Both the position numbers and the translations under genes were made by a program. From an uncultured Candidatus Rokubacteria bacterium (lineage in GTDB: Bacteria; Methylomirabilota; Methylomirabilia; Rokubacteriales; CSP1-6), in NCBI GenBank assembly GCA_963754315.1, contig CAVWFS010000011.1, positions 1-64,000 on the forward strand: DNA of 64,000 nucleotides, written 5' to 3'. Under the pieces are notes generated by a model. It worked only from the letters and a program-made list of their open reading frames with translations. It searched no databases and had not been told where the DNA came from. This document shows, piece by piece, positions 1 through 9,706 of the stretch. Numbering within the stretch: position 1 is the first letter of the stretch; each line of letters starts with the position of its first letter.

Positions 1-258
1 ATCGAAGGTTCGGGATCTCGAGGCGCCGGGCCAGGCGCTCGAAGGCGCGGGTTATCGCGTGCGGGTGCTCACGTTCAGGGAAGACGTGGGCGTCAGGGGC
101 TAGTGGGCACGGAAGGGCCATCAACGCCTCGCGGAGGGTGTCTGTCATCGGGACGGGACGGGCGTCGCCGTTCTTGGTATGGCGGAAGGTGACGGTCCGC
201 GCCTTCATATCGACATCACGCCAGCGAAGGGTCAGGAGCTCGCCGCGCCGGGCACCTG
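1..258 (-). pseudogene. 5'-truncated tyrosine recombinase/phage integrase catalytic-domain fragment (continues off the left edge)
   Basis: Manual minus-strand translation gives GARRGELLTLRWRDVDMKARTVTFRHTKNGDARPVPMTDTLREAL...RAFERLARRLEIPNLR, with the catalytic R box and TKNG motif. An in-frame TGA lies about 13 codons upstream of GARRGEL, so there is no N-terminal domain. Confidence 0.8.
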
Positions 259-476
259 GGGAGGGAGCCTGCCCCAGGGCGCGCGGTCGGCATCACGGCT
301 CGTGTACTGCTCAATGGGCTCGGGATCTGGTCGGCCGATACGCCACCGTCCTTCCGTCACGCTCTCGATAAGGTGAGCCAGGCTCGCCCAAAGTCCAGCA
401 CGGGCGGGATAGGTGAGTTCCGCAACGTCCCGGCCATGGACCACCCCATCAAGAACCCAGGCGAGCTGCTCGCGGG

Positions 477-872
477 GTGTCTCGCCGACCCATGCCGGAT
501 GGCGCGGACATGAGTTTGCTGCTCCTTGAGCTGTTCGACCAGGCCGCTGCCAGGCTCCTCGCCGAGCGTCAGCGACAGGACCCCTATCGCGCCGAGGTCA
601 TCCAGGGTCTCGTTGGTGACTTCGCCCAGCGTGGCCACGTCCATGAAGTCCGTGTCCCTGGCGTTAACCAAACGTTATTCGTCGCACCCACCGTCACGGA
701 GGCCGAGCGATTGGTGAGCCTGGAAGGGGTGTCCCGCGGCCGGATCTGGACCGCGCGCGAACTGACCGACGCGCTCGACGCGCACCTGGGGCCCGGGGAC
801 TTCGCGGCCGTCGCCCTGGCCAGGCTCGCGCTCGACGCCGATATCGTGGCGGTCCGCCCTCGAGCGTCCTGA
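477..872 (+). CDS. hypothetical protein, mobile-element associated (start uncertain, ATGs at about 492/510)
   Basis: Protein-like composition (EVRVPGVNQTLFVAP...RGRIWTARELTDAL), next to the integrase remnant. Confidence 0.55.
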   Translation: MSRRPMPDGADMSLLLLELFDQAAARLLAERQRQDPYRAEVIQGLVGDFAQRGHVHEVRVPGVNQTLFVAPTVTEAERLVSLEGVSRGRIWTARELTDALDAHLGPGDFAAVALARLALDADIVAVRPRAS

Positions 873-1606
873 CGACGGACGCCCATGCTCAGATAAACCT
901 TGTAGGGGTCCGCCATGCCTTAGAGTCTAATTTGGTCGGCGCGCACGCGGTAGAAGATTGTCCAAACGTGCGCGCGTCCGGGGGCCCGTGGCAAGAAGGC
1001 ATGGGGCGTGCCGATCAGCACTACAGCGAATGGACGGCGCGTGAGCGACAATCGCCCCGCGAGCGCCTGAGCAAGGAGGTCGTCGATGTGGCGACGACGA
1101 ACCTGCCATGGTGCTGTGTGTCTGGGATGGCCTTGATGCGCCGGAGCCGCAACCCGTTTACAAGGTCGGCGAGATGATCACGGAGGAGGACCGCGCGCGG
1201 GAGATGGATCATTTGAAAGCGGTGCTAAAAGACCAACAGGATGTGGCCGACGCGCGACGACGCGCCTCCACTCACCTCAGACGCAGGTCTGAAGGGTCCC
1301 CGCCGGTCGGTTAGACAAGCTCTTGGGTCATCGCCACTAGCCATTGCTCAGTCGCCCGCGCGGTTGTCCGGTCAAAAAGGTCCGGCTCGGGTCACGTGGT
1401 CCGCTCCGCAGCCTCGAGAGGCAGGAACTTTGTCCATATCGCAAATCCCGGCTTAAAGGGCGCCGTGACGACCCCGCGCCCACCGGCGATTCTCATCCCT
1501 CATCCTCGGGATATCTCCGGCGACGGTCCGTCACCACCAGGGGCCACACGGCGGCGGTCCAGTGATAGCCATCGTCGAGGTCGGCGGCTGAACTGAGACT
1601 TGGCCT

Positions 1607-2368
1607 GTGGCTCCGAGACGCCTCCGAACCGTATGGAAGACGTTCCGCGAGGGGTATCTTGGTGTCGCGCTCGCGCTGATCGGTTGCACGACGCTGACAC
1701 CCGACCAACAGACGACACTGGCCTTCTACCAAGAGCGGGCCGACACGGTTACCGCCGCCTATCGTGTCGGCAAGGTATACTTCCTCATTGGAGCCCACAA
1801 CAGCGCCGCTGGTGGGACCATGGGGGTTGGTGGCCTGATGACGATGGAAACCATCGCGCTTGACACCAAGGACGATGTTCTGGTCGCTCACGAGCTGGGC
1901 CATTGGGTCCTCAATCACGCCGGTTGGCCCTTCCAATCACTCCAGCATCGGTATCGGCAGGAAATGGACGCCAACGTGGAGGCCGTCAAGATCCTCACTA
2001 TCGGCTGGGGATGGACCGAGCAGCAAGCCTACCTTGCCGTGCTGAACCGACTCTGGCAGGTCAAGCGCTCAGCTCAAGCCGTCCCCGACGGACATCCGCC
2101 CGATCCCTGTATCGAGATCGCTGATCTGGTGCGCCGCTTCCCGCGGCATGCAGCCCTCGGCCAGACCTGCGAGACCCGTAGCCAGGGAGGCCGCGGCCGT
2201 TCTTGGGTATGTGGCCGCGATCCTACCCAACGCACGGCGCCGCCGCCTCCTGGCCTACGTCGCGCTCACGGCTTCTTGAGCTCCACGCGCTTCGCGAGCT
2301 CGTCAAATAGAATGTCTGCCGCCAGTAGGTTGCCCGCGCTATTCCAGTGGGTGCCTCGAAATAGGTAG
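1607..2368 (+). CDS. putative lipoprotein, M48-like zinc metallopeptidase (start and C-terminal tail uncertain)
   Basis: Lipobox-like LALIGC; AHELGH (HExxH); downstream QEMDAN and DGHPP motifs resembling M48 E-x-x-AD and THP. Confidence 0.6.
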   Translation: MAPRRLRTVWKTFREGYLGVALALIGCTTLTPDQQTTLAFYQERADTVTAAYRVGKVYFLIGAHNSAAGGTMGVGGLMTMETIALDTKDDVLVAHELGHWVLNHAGWPFQSLQHRYRQEMDANVEAVKILTIGWGWTEQQAYLAVLNRLWQVKRSAQAVPDGHPPDPCIEIADLVRRFPRHAALGQTCETRSQGGRGRSWVCGRDPTQRTAPPPPGLRRAHGFLSSTRFASSSNRMSAASRLPALFQWVPRNR

Positions 2369-2400
2369 AGATCCTGCTTCGTTCCCTCGGCCCTGAATGA
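2266..2400 (-). pseudogene. C-terminal remnant of an SGNH/AlgX-like hydrolase
   Basis: LYLFRGTHWNSAGNLLAADILFDEL resembles the DxHWNxxGNxLAA tail of SGNH-family proteins; no credible N-terminus. Confidence 0.4.
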
Positions 2401-3002
2401 CGAAGGAGGCCGCCTTGAAGGAAATGAATCAGTGGGGCATGGGGCAGTTGGCCACCCAGTTGGGCCTCGACTATACGGCGTGCAGGGAGGACGACCCCCG
2501 AAAGGAGGCCGCACGATGACCATGCCAGAGACGTGGGAGGTCCTGGCCTGGGAGGGTCTCGATCACCTCACTAGGCCGCAGCCGACGAGCCCGCCACCAC
2601 CATCACCGAGCCCCACCTACAAACCGACGACCCCGAGCCGAGGGTTTTGGCGGGATATGCTGAGCAATCTTGGCGATGCCTTCCGGTCGCCGGATGAGGT
2701 GCCCCCACCGACGACGATCTGCGAACCGACGGTGACGCTCCCGCCGGACATCGCCGGCGCCGAGCCCCCGCCCGCTCACGTGGGATGATGTCATCGGTAA
2801 TGCGACCGCCGTCGAGATCCGGAACCGCCCCCGCCCGGTGTAAGGGTGCGGGGGATGGGGACCGAGATCGTCGACGGCAGCATCTGCGATGGTTTCCCCG
2901 GTTTGCTTTACAAGCTGTGCAACGGTGCGGCTACGCCGACCCGCAGCGCAAGGCGACCCCCAAGAACTTCACAGGTCGTATGAGAAAGAAAGGACCCCAT
3001 GA

Positions 3003-3290
3003 ATGAAGACCCACGTGATGATCAGCAGCGCGTTGGCGCTGGGCCTGATGGCCCAGGTCGCCAGCGCCGAGACGATCAACTTGTACGACAACAAGAGCCG
3101 AAACGCGGGGTACGCGAATGTGAATCCCCGGACGGGCTCGATCGACCTCTACGCCCCGAATGGCAAGCGTTTAGGCTACGGTCGGGTCGCCCCCGGCTCC
3201 AAGCAGATCGACCTCTACACGCCCAACGGCGAGAAGGAGCTGACGGGCAAGCCGACGGTAGACCAGACCCCCCGGAGCAGCAAGCCATGA
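3003..3290 (+). CDS. small secreted protein with internal (I)DLYxPNGxRxGY repeats
   Basis: SD-like AAAGGA upstream; signal peptide ending VASA; three repeat units; stop overlaps the next ATG (ATGA). Confidence 0.75.
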   Translation: MKTHVMISSALALGLMAQVASAETINLYDNKSRNAGYANVNPRTGSIDLYAPNGKRLGYGRVAPGSKQIDLYTPNGEKELTGKPTVDQTPRSSKP

Positions 3291-3580
3291 CGAAGAAGGA
3301 GCAACTCGAAGCCCTGTCCGCCGCCGCTGACAAAGCGATGACGGAGGCCGAGCGCCTCTTTGCCGAACTGAAACGCGCCCAGGAGCCGAAAGTCCCGCCG
3401 ACTGGCGGGACGACTCCGGGCGTCCCGATGAATGCCCCCGCGTTTCGACGTCGCGAGGGTCGCACCATCAAGCTAGAGACACCGCCGACGACCCCAACGC
3501 CCGGCGTGGTGTTTCTGATCAAGGGAGGCCAATGGACCAGCGAGCGACCGATCAAGCTCCCGCAGATCCCCAAGGCGTGA
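3287..3580 (+). CDS. hypothetical protein
   Basis: ATGA coupling to the upstream gene; MTKKEQLEALSAAADKAMTEAERLFAELK helical N-terminus. Confidence 0.6.
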   Translation: MTKKEQLEALSAAADKAMTEAERLFAELKRAQEPKVPPTGGTTPGVPMNAPAFRRREGRTIKLETPPTTPTPGVVFLIKGGQWTSERPIKLPQIPKA

Positions 3581-4345
3581 CGCGGGCTCGCATCGCCCGC
3601 CTCGCGGCCGCGAGACTCGTCCAGCTCGCCATGCCGCACGGGCTCAGGGCGACGATCCTCGTCACCGAACTCAAGGCCCACGGGTTTCCCACGCGCCACG
3701 ATCGAGCCGTATCTCGGGTTCCTTGACTTCGTCGAGACGACCAGCCGTCGCATCATCACCGCGAAGGGGCTCGAGTACCTCGCTTCGATCGCCCCCGGCG
3801 AAGTAAGAAGGCGACTCCCTCTCGCGTTCTTGGCCCACTTTAGTTCACCACTCGGATGATATCGGTCAAAACCGGACGTCAAAGCAAGAGAGCGGTGCGG
3901 CGTCCGTCGTATTGACACTATGTTACGGCCCGGGCCATCTGGCACGCGCCGTGCTCCGGATGGACCTCACCGAAGCTCCCCATCTGCCAATTCTCGACCT
4001 AGGAATGCGAAGGCTGGCTAGGCTGGCGCGAATCGTTCGACGGCCGCCGTGTCATCACCGCCAAGGGCCTCGAGTACCTCGCCTCGATCACTCAGACGAA
4101 TGGCGCAGGAGGAGAGATGAATGACGCGTCGTGAAGTGCAGGTGGGGGTGGTGGCGTGGGCGGTCTTGGTCGCCCTGATCTTTGCAGCCGCATTCATCTG
4201 GAAATGAGCAAGGAGAAAAGCACGGCCGAGAATCGGCGCTCGTCACGCCGGACAGGATCGACGGATGGCGGAAGATCCCCGCTGTGCTCAGCCAGCACCC
4301 GGCGGTAGCGGCATGATGGTCATCCAGCTCGCGCTCGCGGCCGCA

Positions 4346-5320
4346 ATGATCCGTACGACGGTCGTTGCGGTCGCCCTTGCCGTCGTGGTGGCTGGGGCCG
4401 CTCACGCGCAGCCGACGCCGAAGCTTCCCGTCATTGGCATTCTCGCCACAGGCCAGCTTCGTACGAGTCCGCCCTATCCCGCACTGGAGCGCGCGCTCCG
4501 GGAACTCGGCCTCATCGATGGCCAGAACGTCCGGATCGAATTTCGGATGGCGGAAGGACGGATCGAGCGCCTGCCAGGTCTGGCCCTCGAACTCGTCCGC
4601 TCGAACATTGACGTAATCGTGGCGGGCGGTACCTTTCCGTCGTTGGCGGCGGCGCGTCACGCGTCGAGTGTCGTCCCGATCGTGATGATCGCCGTTGATT
4701 ACGATCCAGTCGCCACGGGGGTGGTTTCAAGCCTCAACCGGCCCGGAGGAAACATTACTGGCGTGTTTGTTCAGCAGATCGAATTGACGGCCAAGCGCAT
4801 GGAGTTTCTCAAGGAGATCGTCCCGAAGGGCAGACGGGTCGCGATTCTTTCGGATCCCTTCACCGTTGACCAGCTGAAGATGGCAGAAAGCACCGCGCGT
4901 ACCTTCGGACTTCGCCTTCAGCCGATCCAGTTCCAGACTCCACCGTACGACTATGCGGCGGGGTTCGCGAGCGTGAAGCAGGAGCGTGCGAGCGCCGTTC
5001 TTGTCACGGTCGGACCGGTCTTCTTTCGCGACCGCGCGCGGATTGTCGAGATCGCAGGGAAGCAACGTATTCCGATAATGTTCCCGCTGCCAGAGTTTGC
5101 GGATGCCGGGGGCCTGATCGCGTATGGCGCGAACCTCGACGCGACGTTCGCGAGTGCTGCCCCCTACATCGAGAAGATCCTCAAGGGCCTGAAGCCAGCC
5201 GATCTCCCGATCGAGCAGCCGAAATCGTTTGAACTCGTCATCAACATGAAGACCGCGAAGGCACTGGGGCTGACGATCCCGCAAGCGGTGCTGTTGCGCG
5301 CGGATCGGATCATTCGATGA
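4346..5320 (+). CDS. orphan ABC-type substrate-binding protein (ABC_sub_bind/TrpX-like family)
   Basis: Signal peptide; SLNRPGGNITG, GGLIAYG and DLPIEQPKSFELVINMKTAKALGLTIPQAVLLRAD family motifs. Confidence 0.92.
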   Translation: MIRTTVVAVALAVVVAGAAHAQPTPKLPVIGILATGQLRTSPPYPALERALRELGLIDGQNVRIEFRMAEGRIERLPGLALELVRSNIDVIVAGGTFPSLAAARHASSVVPIVMIAVDYDPVATGVVSSLNRPGGNITGVFVQQIELTAKRMEFLKEIVPKGRRVAILSDPFTVDQLKMAESTARTFGLRLQPIQFQTPPYDYAAGFASVKQERASAVLVTVGPVFFRDRARIVEIAGKQRIPIMFPLPEFADAGGLIAYGANLDATFASAAPYIEKILKGLKPADLPIEQPKSFELVINMKTAKALGLTIPQAVLLRADRIIR

Positions 5321-5423
5321 CCGGAAGCCACGCCGCTATTTCCACCGCAATCGGGACACCACCCGTCGAAGAGGGGGCGGAGCGAGGCACGCCTGGAAGG
5401 CTATCGACCTGGTAGGGGATAGG

Positions 5424-5732
5424 GTGGCCAATCTTCCGCTCGAGGGCCTCGACGCGTTCCAGGTGATCCCGTATAGTATCGCTGCCAGTCAGGGCCGACT
5501 TGATTTGGAAACAGCGCACTCCAGCTACCATAAGGCCCTGCTTCTGGCTGACCGGCTCGGCATGCGCCCGCTCGTCGCCCACTGCCACCTCGGCCTTGGC
5601 AAGCTCTACCAGCGCATGGGCAAGCGGCAGGAGGCGCACGAGCACCTCAGCACCGCGACGACGATGTACCGCGAGATGGGCATGCGGTTCTATCGGGAGC
5701 ACGCGGAGGCGGCGATGAGGAAGCCGGCATGA
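5424..5732 (+). pseudogene. C-terminal TPR fragment of an adenylate/guanylate cyclase-AAA-TPR type protein
   Basis: LADRLGMRPLVAHCHLGLGKLY...HLSTATTMYREMGMRFY is the typical C-terminal TPR of these large proteins; the upstream domains are absent. Confidence 0.7.
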
Positions 5733-8707
5733 CCACGCGCGTCGGCGTGCTTGTCGCCGTGCTCTCTCTCAGCATCCTCGCCGTGCCGTTTGTCGGCGAG
5801 GCGCAGTATAAGGCCGGGAAAGTACCACGCGTCGGCATCCTCAATTCGGACACGGCGCAGGATGCGCGAGTAAGCGAGTTGCGTGACGGACTCCGCGAAC
5901 TCGGCTACGTCGAGGGGCAGAATCTCGCCATCACCTACCGTTGGGCCGACGGACGCCTGGATCGTCTCCCGACGCTCGCTGACGACCTGCTCGCGAGCAA
6001 CGTCGACGTGATCGTCGCCATCGGGGCTTCGGTGTGGGCGGCGAAACGGCAAACAAGTACGGTTCCGATCATCATCGCGTTCAGCGGAGATCCGGTGGGC
6101 ACTGGCATGGTCTCGAACCTCGCGCGGCCCGGAGGGAACATCACGGGCTTTTCGTTCATGTCAAGCGACTTGGCGGCCAAGCGGCTCGAGCTGCTGAAGC
6201 AGACGTTCCCGCGAGTCGCACGCGTCGCGGTCCTCTACGTGCCAGCCGAAGTGTCCACGGTCCCGGAACTACGGGAGACGGAGGCTGCTGCCCGCACGAT
6301 CAGCGTACCGCTGCAACTGCTGCAGGTACGTCATCCGGATGACCTCGAGCCGCTCTTCGTGGCGGCTACACGCGAGGGCGCCGACGCAGTGCTCGTATTC
6401 GCTCATAGCTTCGCATTCCTGAACCGTGACCGCATCATTGAACTGGCCGCGCGGCGACGCCTGCCTACCATGTATGGTTGGCGCGAGTTCGTCGACGCCG
6501 GGGGACTCATGTCGTATGGCCCTAACTTGCGTGCCATACTTCGCCGAGCGGCGAGCTACGTCGATCGCATCCTCAAGGGCGCCAAACCCGGCGACCTGCC
6601 CATCGAGCAGCCCACGAAGTTCGAGCTCGTCATCAACCGTGCGTCCAGAGAAAGCTGACGTGTTCAGCGGGAGTCAGTCCCGCCGGGGTAAGAGCCAGAG
6701 CCCCGTAACTCGGGTGGCAGGGTGGCGGGAAACCAAGACTCTGAAGCCCACCGACCAAGCCATCGAACGGATGGTGAGTGAGTCCCCGGGCCGTAACGGA
6801 AGTGAACGCACAGGTGGCCCCGAAAGACCAAAGCCCCGGAGGCCGAGCCTCACGGTTGAGAGGCGAAGGCAGTACGGCCCCTCGCAGCTGGCCGATGCGA
6901 CGGGACGCTCCGGCGGGGTGAGAGCGACGGCACGGTGACAAGGACACGTCGAGCGACTGGAGAAGCCCTCCTCGCCCCACTGCGAAAGCAGCGGAGCCAT
7001 GTTCGGCCCTATAACCAGCGATGGGAAGTGGGCGGGCGGCGAGAGGGTGACGGAGGGGTCCGCAGTAGCGAGGAAGCGGGGTAATGCCCGTGGAGCGAAG
7101 GGGCCCTACTGGTACGCAGCGTCTCCACCAATAGGGGAGGCAGGGGCGCGATGACAACAGCGCCCATCAGTCTGCAAGACCTGCGGCGGAGGCTCTATGT
7201 CAAGGCGAAGGCCGAGAAGGACTGGCGGTTTTGGGGCTTGTACGTTCATGTAGGCAAGCTGGACACGCTCCGCGCGGCGTATGCGACGGCCAAGCAGAAC
7301 GACGGCGCGCCAGGGATTGACGGCGTGACGTTCGAGGCCATCGAGGTAGCCGGGGTGGAACCGTTTCTGGCGCAACTACGGGACGAACTGGTCTCCCACA
7401 CCTACCGGCCACTGCGGAACCGGCGCGTCGAGATACCCAAGGGCGACGGACGAGTGCGCGTCCTCGGTATTCCGCCGATTCGGGACCGAGTGGTACAAGG
7501 GGCGCTCAACCTCATTTTGGCGCCGATCTTCGAAGCGGACTTCCACGACGGGTCGTACGGGTACCGCCCGCAGCGGACAGCCCAGCAGGCGGTCGACCGG
7601 GTGGCCGAGGCTATCGTCCGAAACAAGACGCGGGTGATCGACGTTGATTTGGCGTCCTACTTCGACAGTGTGCGGCACGATGTGCTGCTCGCCAAGGTAG
7701 CGCGTCGGGTGAACGACCGAGACATCTTGCACTTGTTGAAGCTGATGCTGAAAGCTGCCGGGAAGCGCGGGGTTCCTCAGGGCGGCGTGATTTCCCCCCT
7801 GCTCAGTAACATCTACCTCACCGAGGTGGATGCGATGCTGGAACGGGCCAAAGAGGTCACGCGCAAGGGCGCACACACGTACGTCGAGTACGCGCGCTAC
7901 GCCGACGATCTGGTGATCCTCGTGAACAACGACCGTCGGCAGGACTGGCTGGTGGAGGCGGTGGCCCAACGGCTCCGAGAGGAGCTGGCCAAACTCGATG
8001 TGCGGCTGAACGAGGAGAAGAGCCGGATTGTGGATCTGAGTCGGGGGGAGAGCATCGGATTCTTGGGCTTCGACTTCCGGCGCGTCCGCTCGCTGCGGGG
8101 GCGCTGGCGGCCGCACTACACGCCAAAGGTGAAGAAGCGCACGGCGTTGCTGCAGGAGCTCAAGGAGGTGTTCCGACGCGCCCGGTCCCAGCCGGTGGCG
8201 GCGTTGATCGCGGAGATCAACCCGAAGCTGCGGGGTTGGGTCAACTACTTCCGGATCGGGCACGCGACTCGGTGCTTTGCCTTCGTGAGGCAGTGGGTCG
8301 AGCGAAGGGTTCGACGTCATTTGATGGGGGCGAGGAATCGTCGGGGCTTCGGCTGGAAGAGGTGGAGTACGGCCTGGCTGCACACCACGCTCGGGCTGTT
8401 CGCCGATTACCGCGTGCGGTACCTGAGCCGGGCCTGAAAGCGCTCCCAGGCGATAGGTCTCATAACCCATGACACGAAGCGTCCAGGAAAGCCCGGTGCC
8501 GGAAATCGGCACGCCGGGTTTGAGGTGGCGGGGGCTGGAAACGGCTTACGGCAAACCTAAACGGGCACGAAGCTGGAAACGGCGGATACAGCCAAGGGGA
8601 GCCTACGGAGCTTTGCGCCAGTCCTCGACCCTATGAAAACGGCGAAGGCACTTGGCCTGACGATTCCCGCCTCGCTGCTGCTGCGGGCGGATCAGGTCAT
8701 TGAATGA
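5729..8707 (+). CDS. orphan ABC_sub_bind substrate-binding protein interrupted by a group II intron (exon 1 5729-6638, exon 2 about 8634-8707)
   Basis: Exon 1 ends ...KFELVIN. Exon 2 continues (L)KTAKALGLTIPASLLLRADQVIE-stop. The joined product is about 327 aa and collinear with the 4346-5320 paralog. Confidence 0.9.
6639..8634 (+). mobile_element. group II intron (bacterial type, endonuclease-less IEP)
   Basis: 5' GTGCG at 6639. EBS1 GGTTGA (6854-6859), in the loop of stem GCCTC/GAGGC, is complementary to exon IBS1 TCAACC (6633-6638). Domain V AAGCCCGGTGCCGGAAATCGGCACGCCGGGTTT lies at about 8489-8521. Domain VI ends CCAGTCCTCGACCCTA(T) with a bulged A at 8628. Confidence 0.95.
7151..8437 (+). 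CDS. ltrA: group II intron reverse transcriptase/maturase (RT + X domain, no HNH)
   Basis: GAPGIDG, RVLGIPPIRDRVVQ, GVPQGGVISPLLSNIYL, YARYADD, FLGFDF and LRGWVNYF motifs; 428 aa. Confidence 0.96.
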   Translation: MTTAPISLQDLRRRLYVKAKAEKDWRFWGLYVHVGKLDTLRAAYATAKQNDGAPGIDGVTFEAIEVAGVEPFLAQLRDELVSHTYRPLRNRRVEIPKGDGRVRVLGIPPIRDRVVQGALNLILAPIFEADFHDGSYGYRPQRTAQQAVDRVAEAIVRNKTRVIDVDLASYFDSVRHDVLLAKVARRVNDRDILHLLKLMLKAAGKRGVPQGGVISPLLSNIYLTEVDAMLERAKEVTRKGAHTYVEYARYADDLVILVNNDRRQDWLVEAVAQRLREELAKLDVRLNEEKSRIVDLSRGESIGFLGFDFRRVRSLRGRWRPHYTPKVKKRTALLQELKEVFRRARSQPVAALIAEINPKLRGWVNYFRIGHATRCFAFVRQWVERRVRRHLMGARNRRGFGWKRWSTAWLHTTLGLFADYRVRYLSRA

Positions 8708-9534
8708 TGAATCGCCGAACCTTCATCGTGACGGCTGCGAGCCTCCTGGCCGCCCCGGACGCTGGAGGGGCGCAACAGGCAGGCCAGGCAGCTCGCGTGG
8801 GGTTCCTCCGGTTCGGTCCGATCCCGGGCCAAGAGCAGATCCCGTCCGCGCTTGTCGCGGCATTGAGAGAGCGTGGGTGGGTTGAGGGCCAAAACCTTGT
8901 CCTCGAGCAAAGATTCGGGGAGTCAACCGAGCAGCTTCATGCAGCCGCCGCTGAACTCGGGCGGCTAAAAGTTGACGTACTTGTAGTGCCAAGCGCGGGA
9001 ACGGCCCGCATCGCCAAGGCCGAAGCGCAAAACACCTCTATTGTGATCGTCGCTGCCGGCGATGATCTTGCCCGACAGGGTCTCGTCGCTAGCCTGGCGA
9101 GGCCGGGGGGAAATATCACCGGATTGCAGATTCTCCAAGACGAGGTATTCGGAAAGCGCCTGCAGCTCCTCAAAGAGGCGAGGGCAAATCTCTCGCGCGT
9201 CGCGTTTCTTGACGAAAGCGTCACGCACCGGGTGGGGCCGCACACCAGCAAGCAGGAGGCCGCTCGCTCCCTCGGCTTGGAGCTTCATGTCTACACTGCA
9301 ACCCGGCCCGAGGACCTCCCGGCCATGTTTGGCGGCATGGATAGGAAGGGCATCCACGCGTTGGTCATAGAGTCGACACCGTTTATGGCCAGCCATGAAA
9401 GGAACATTATCGATTCCTTGGTCAGATACCGAATCGCCGCCATCCATTCCCTGAAACGTTTTGTCGAAGCTGGTGGCTTCATGTCCTATGGCGCAGGCTT
9501 CAGCGAAATCTACCGGCGTGACGCTGATCCGTAG
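8704..9534 (+). pseudogene. ABC_sub_bind substrate-binding protein, C-terminally truncated
   Basis: MMNRRTF leader, SLARPGGNITG and GGFMSYG motifs; stops at IYRRDADP and lacks the roughly 50-aa VDRILKG...RADQVIE tail. Confidence 0.8.
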
Positions 9535-9706
9535 CCACGCCGCCACGTCCCTGCCATCCCCAGATACAGTCCCCGGCGCGGGGCATGTCTCATGGAAGAG
9601 GACCGCGCCAGGCCCCCCATGAGACCTCCGGGCCCGTGGGCGTCTACAATTGAGGTGTCATTGATGTTCAACAATGGCGACTTGAGAGAGGAGCGCTCGC
9701 GCACCC

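Noticed and set aside
3752..4089. 39-bp repeat pair as a DGR TR/VR
   Set aside because: Differences are synonymous third-position changes rather than adenine-specific, and the pair is too short
7151..8437. RT as a retron, DGR or defence RT
   Set aside because: It has a maturase X domain and is embedded in a full ribozyme (GTGCG, EBS1, DV, DVI), so it is an ordinary group II IEP
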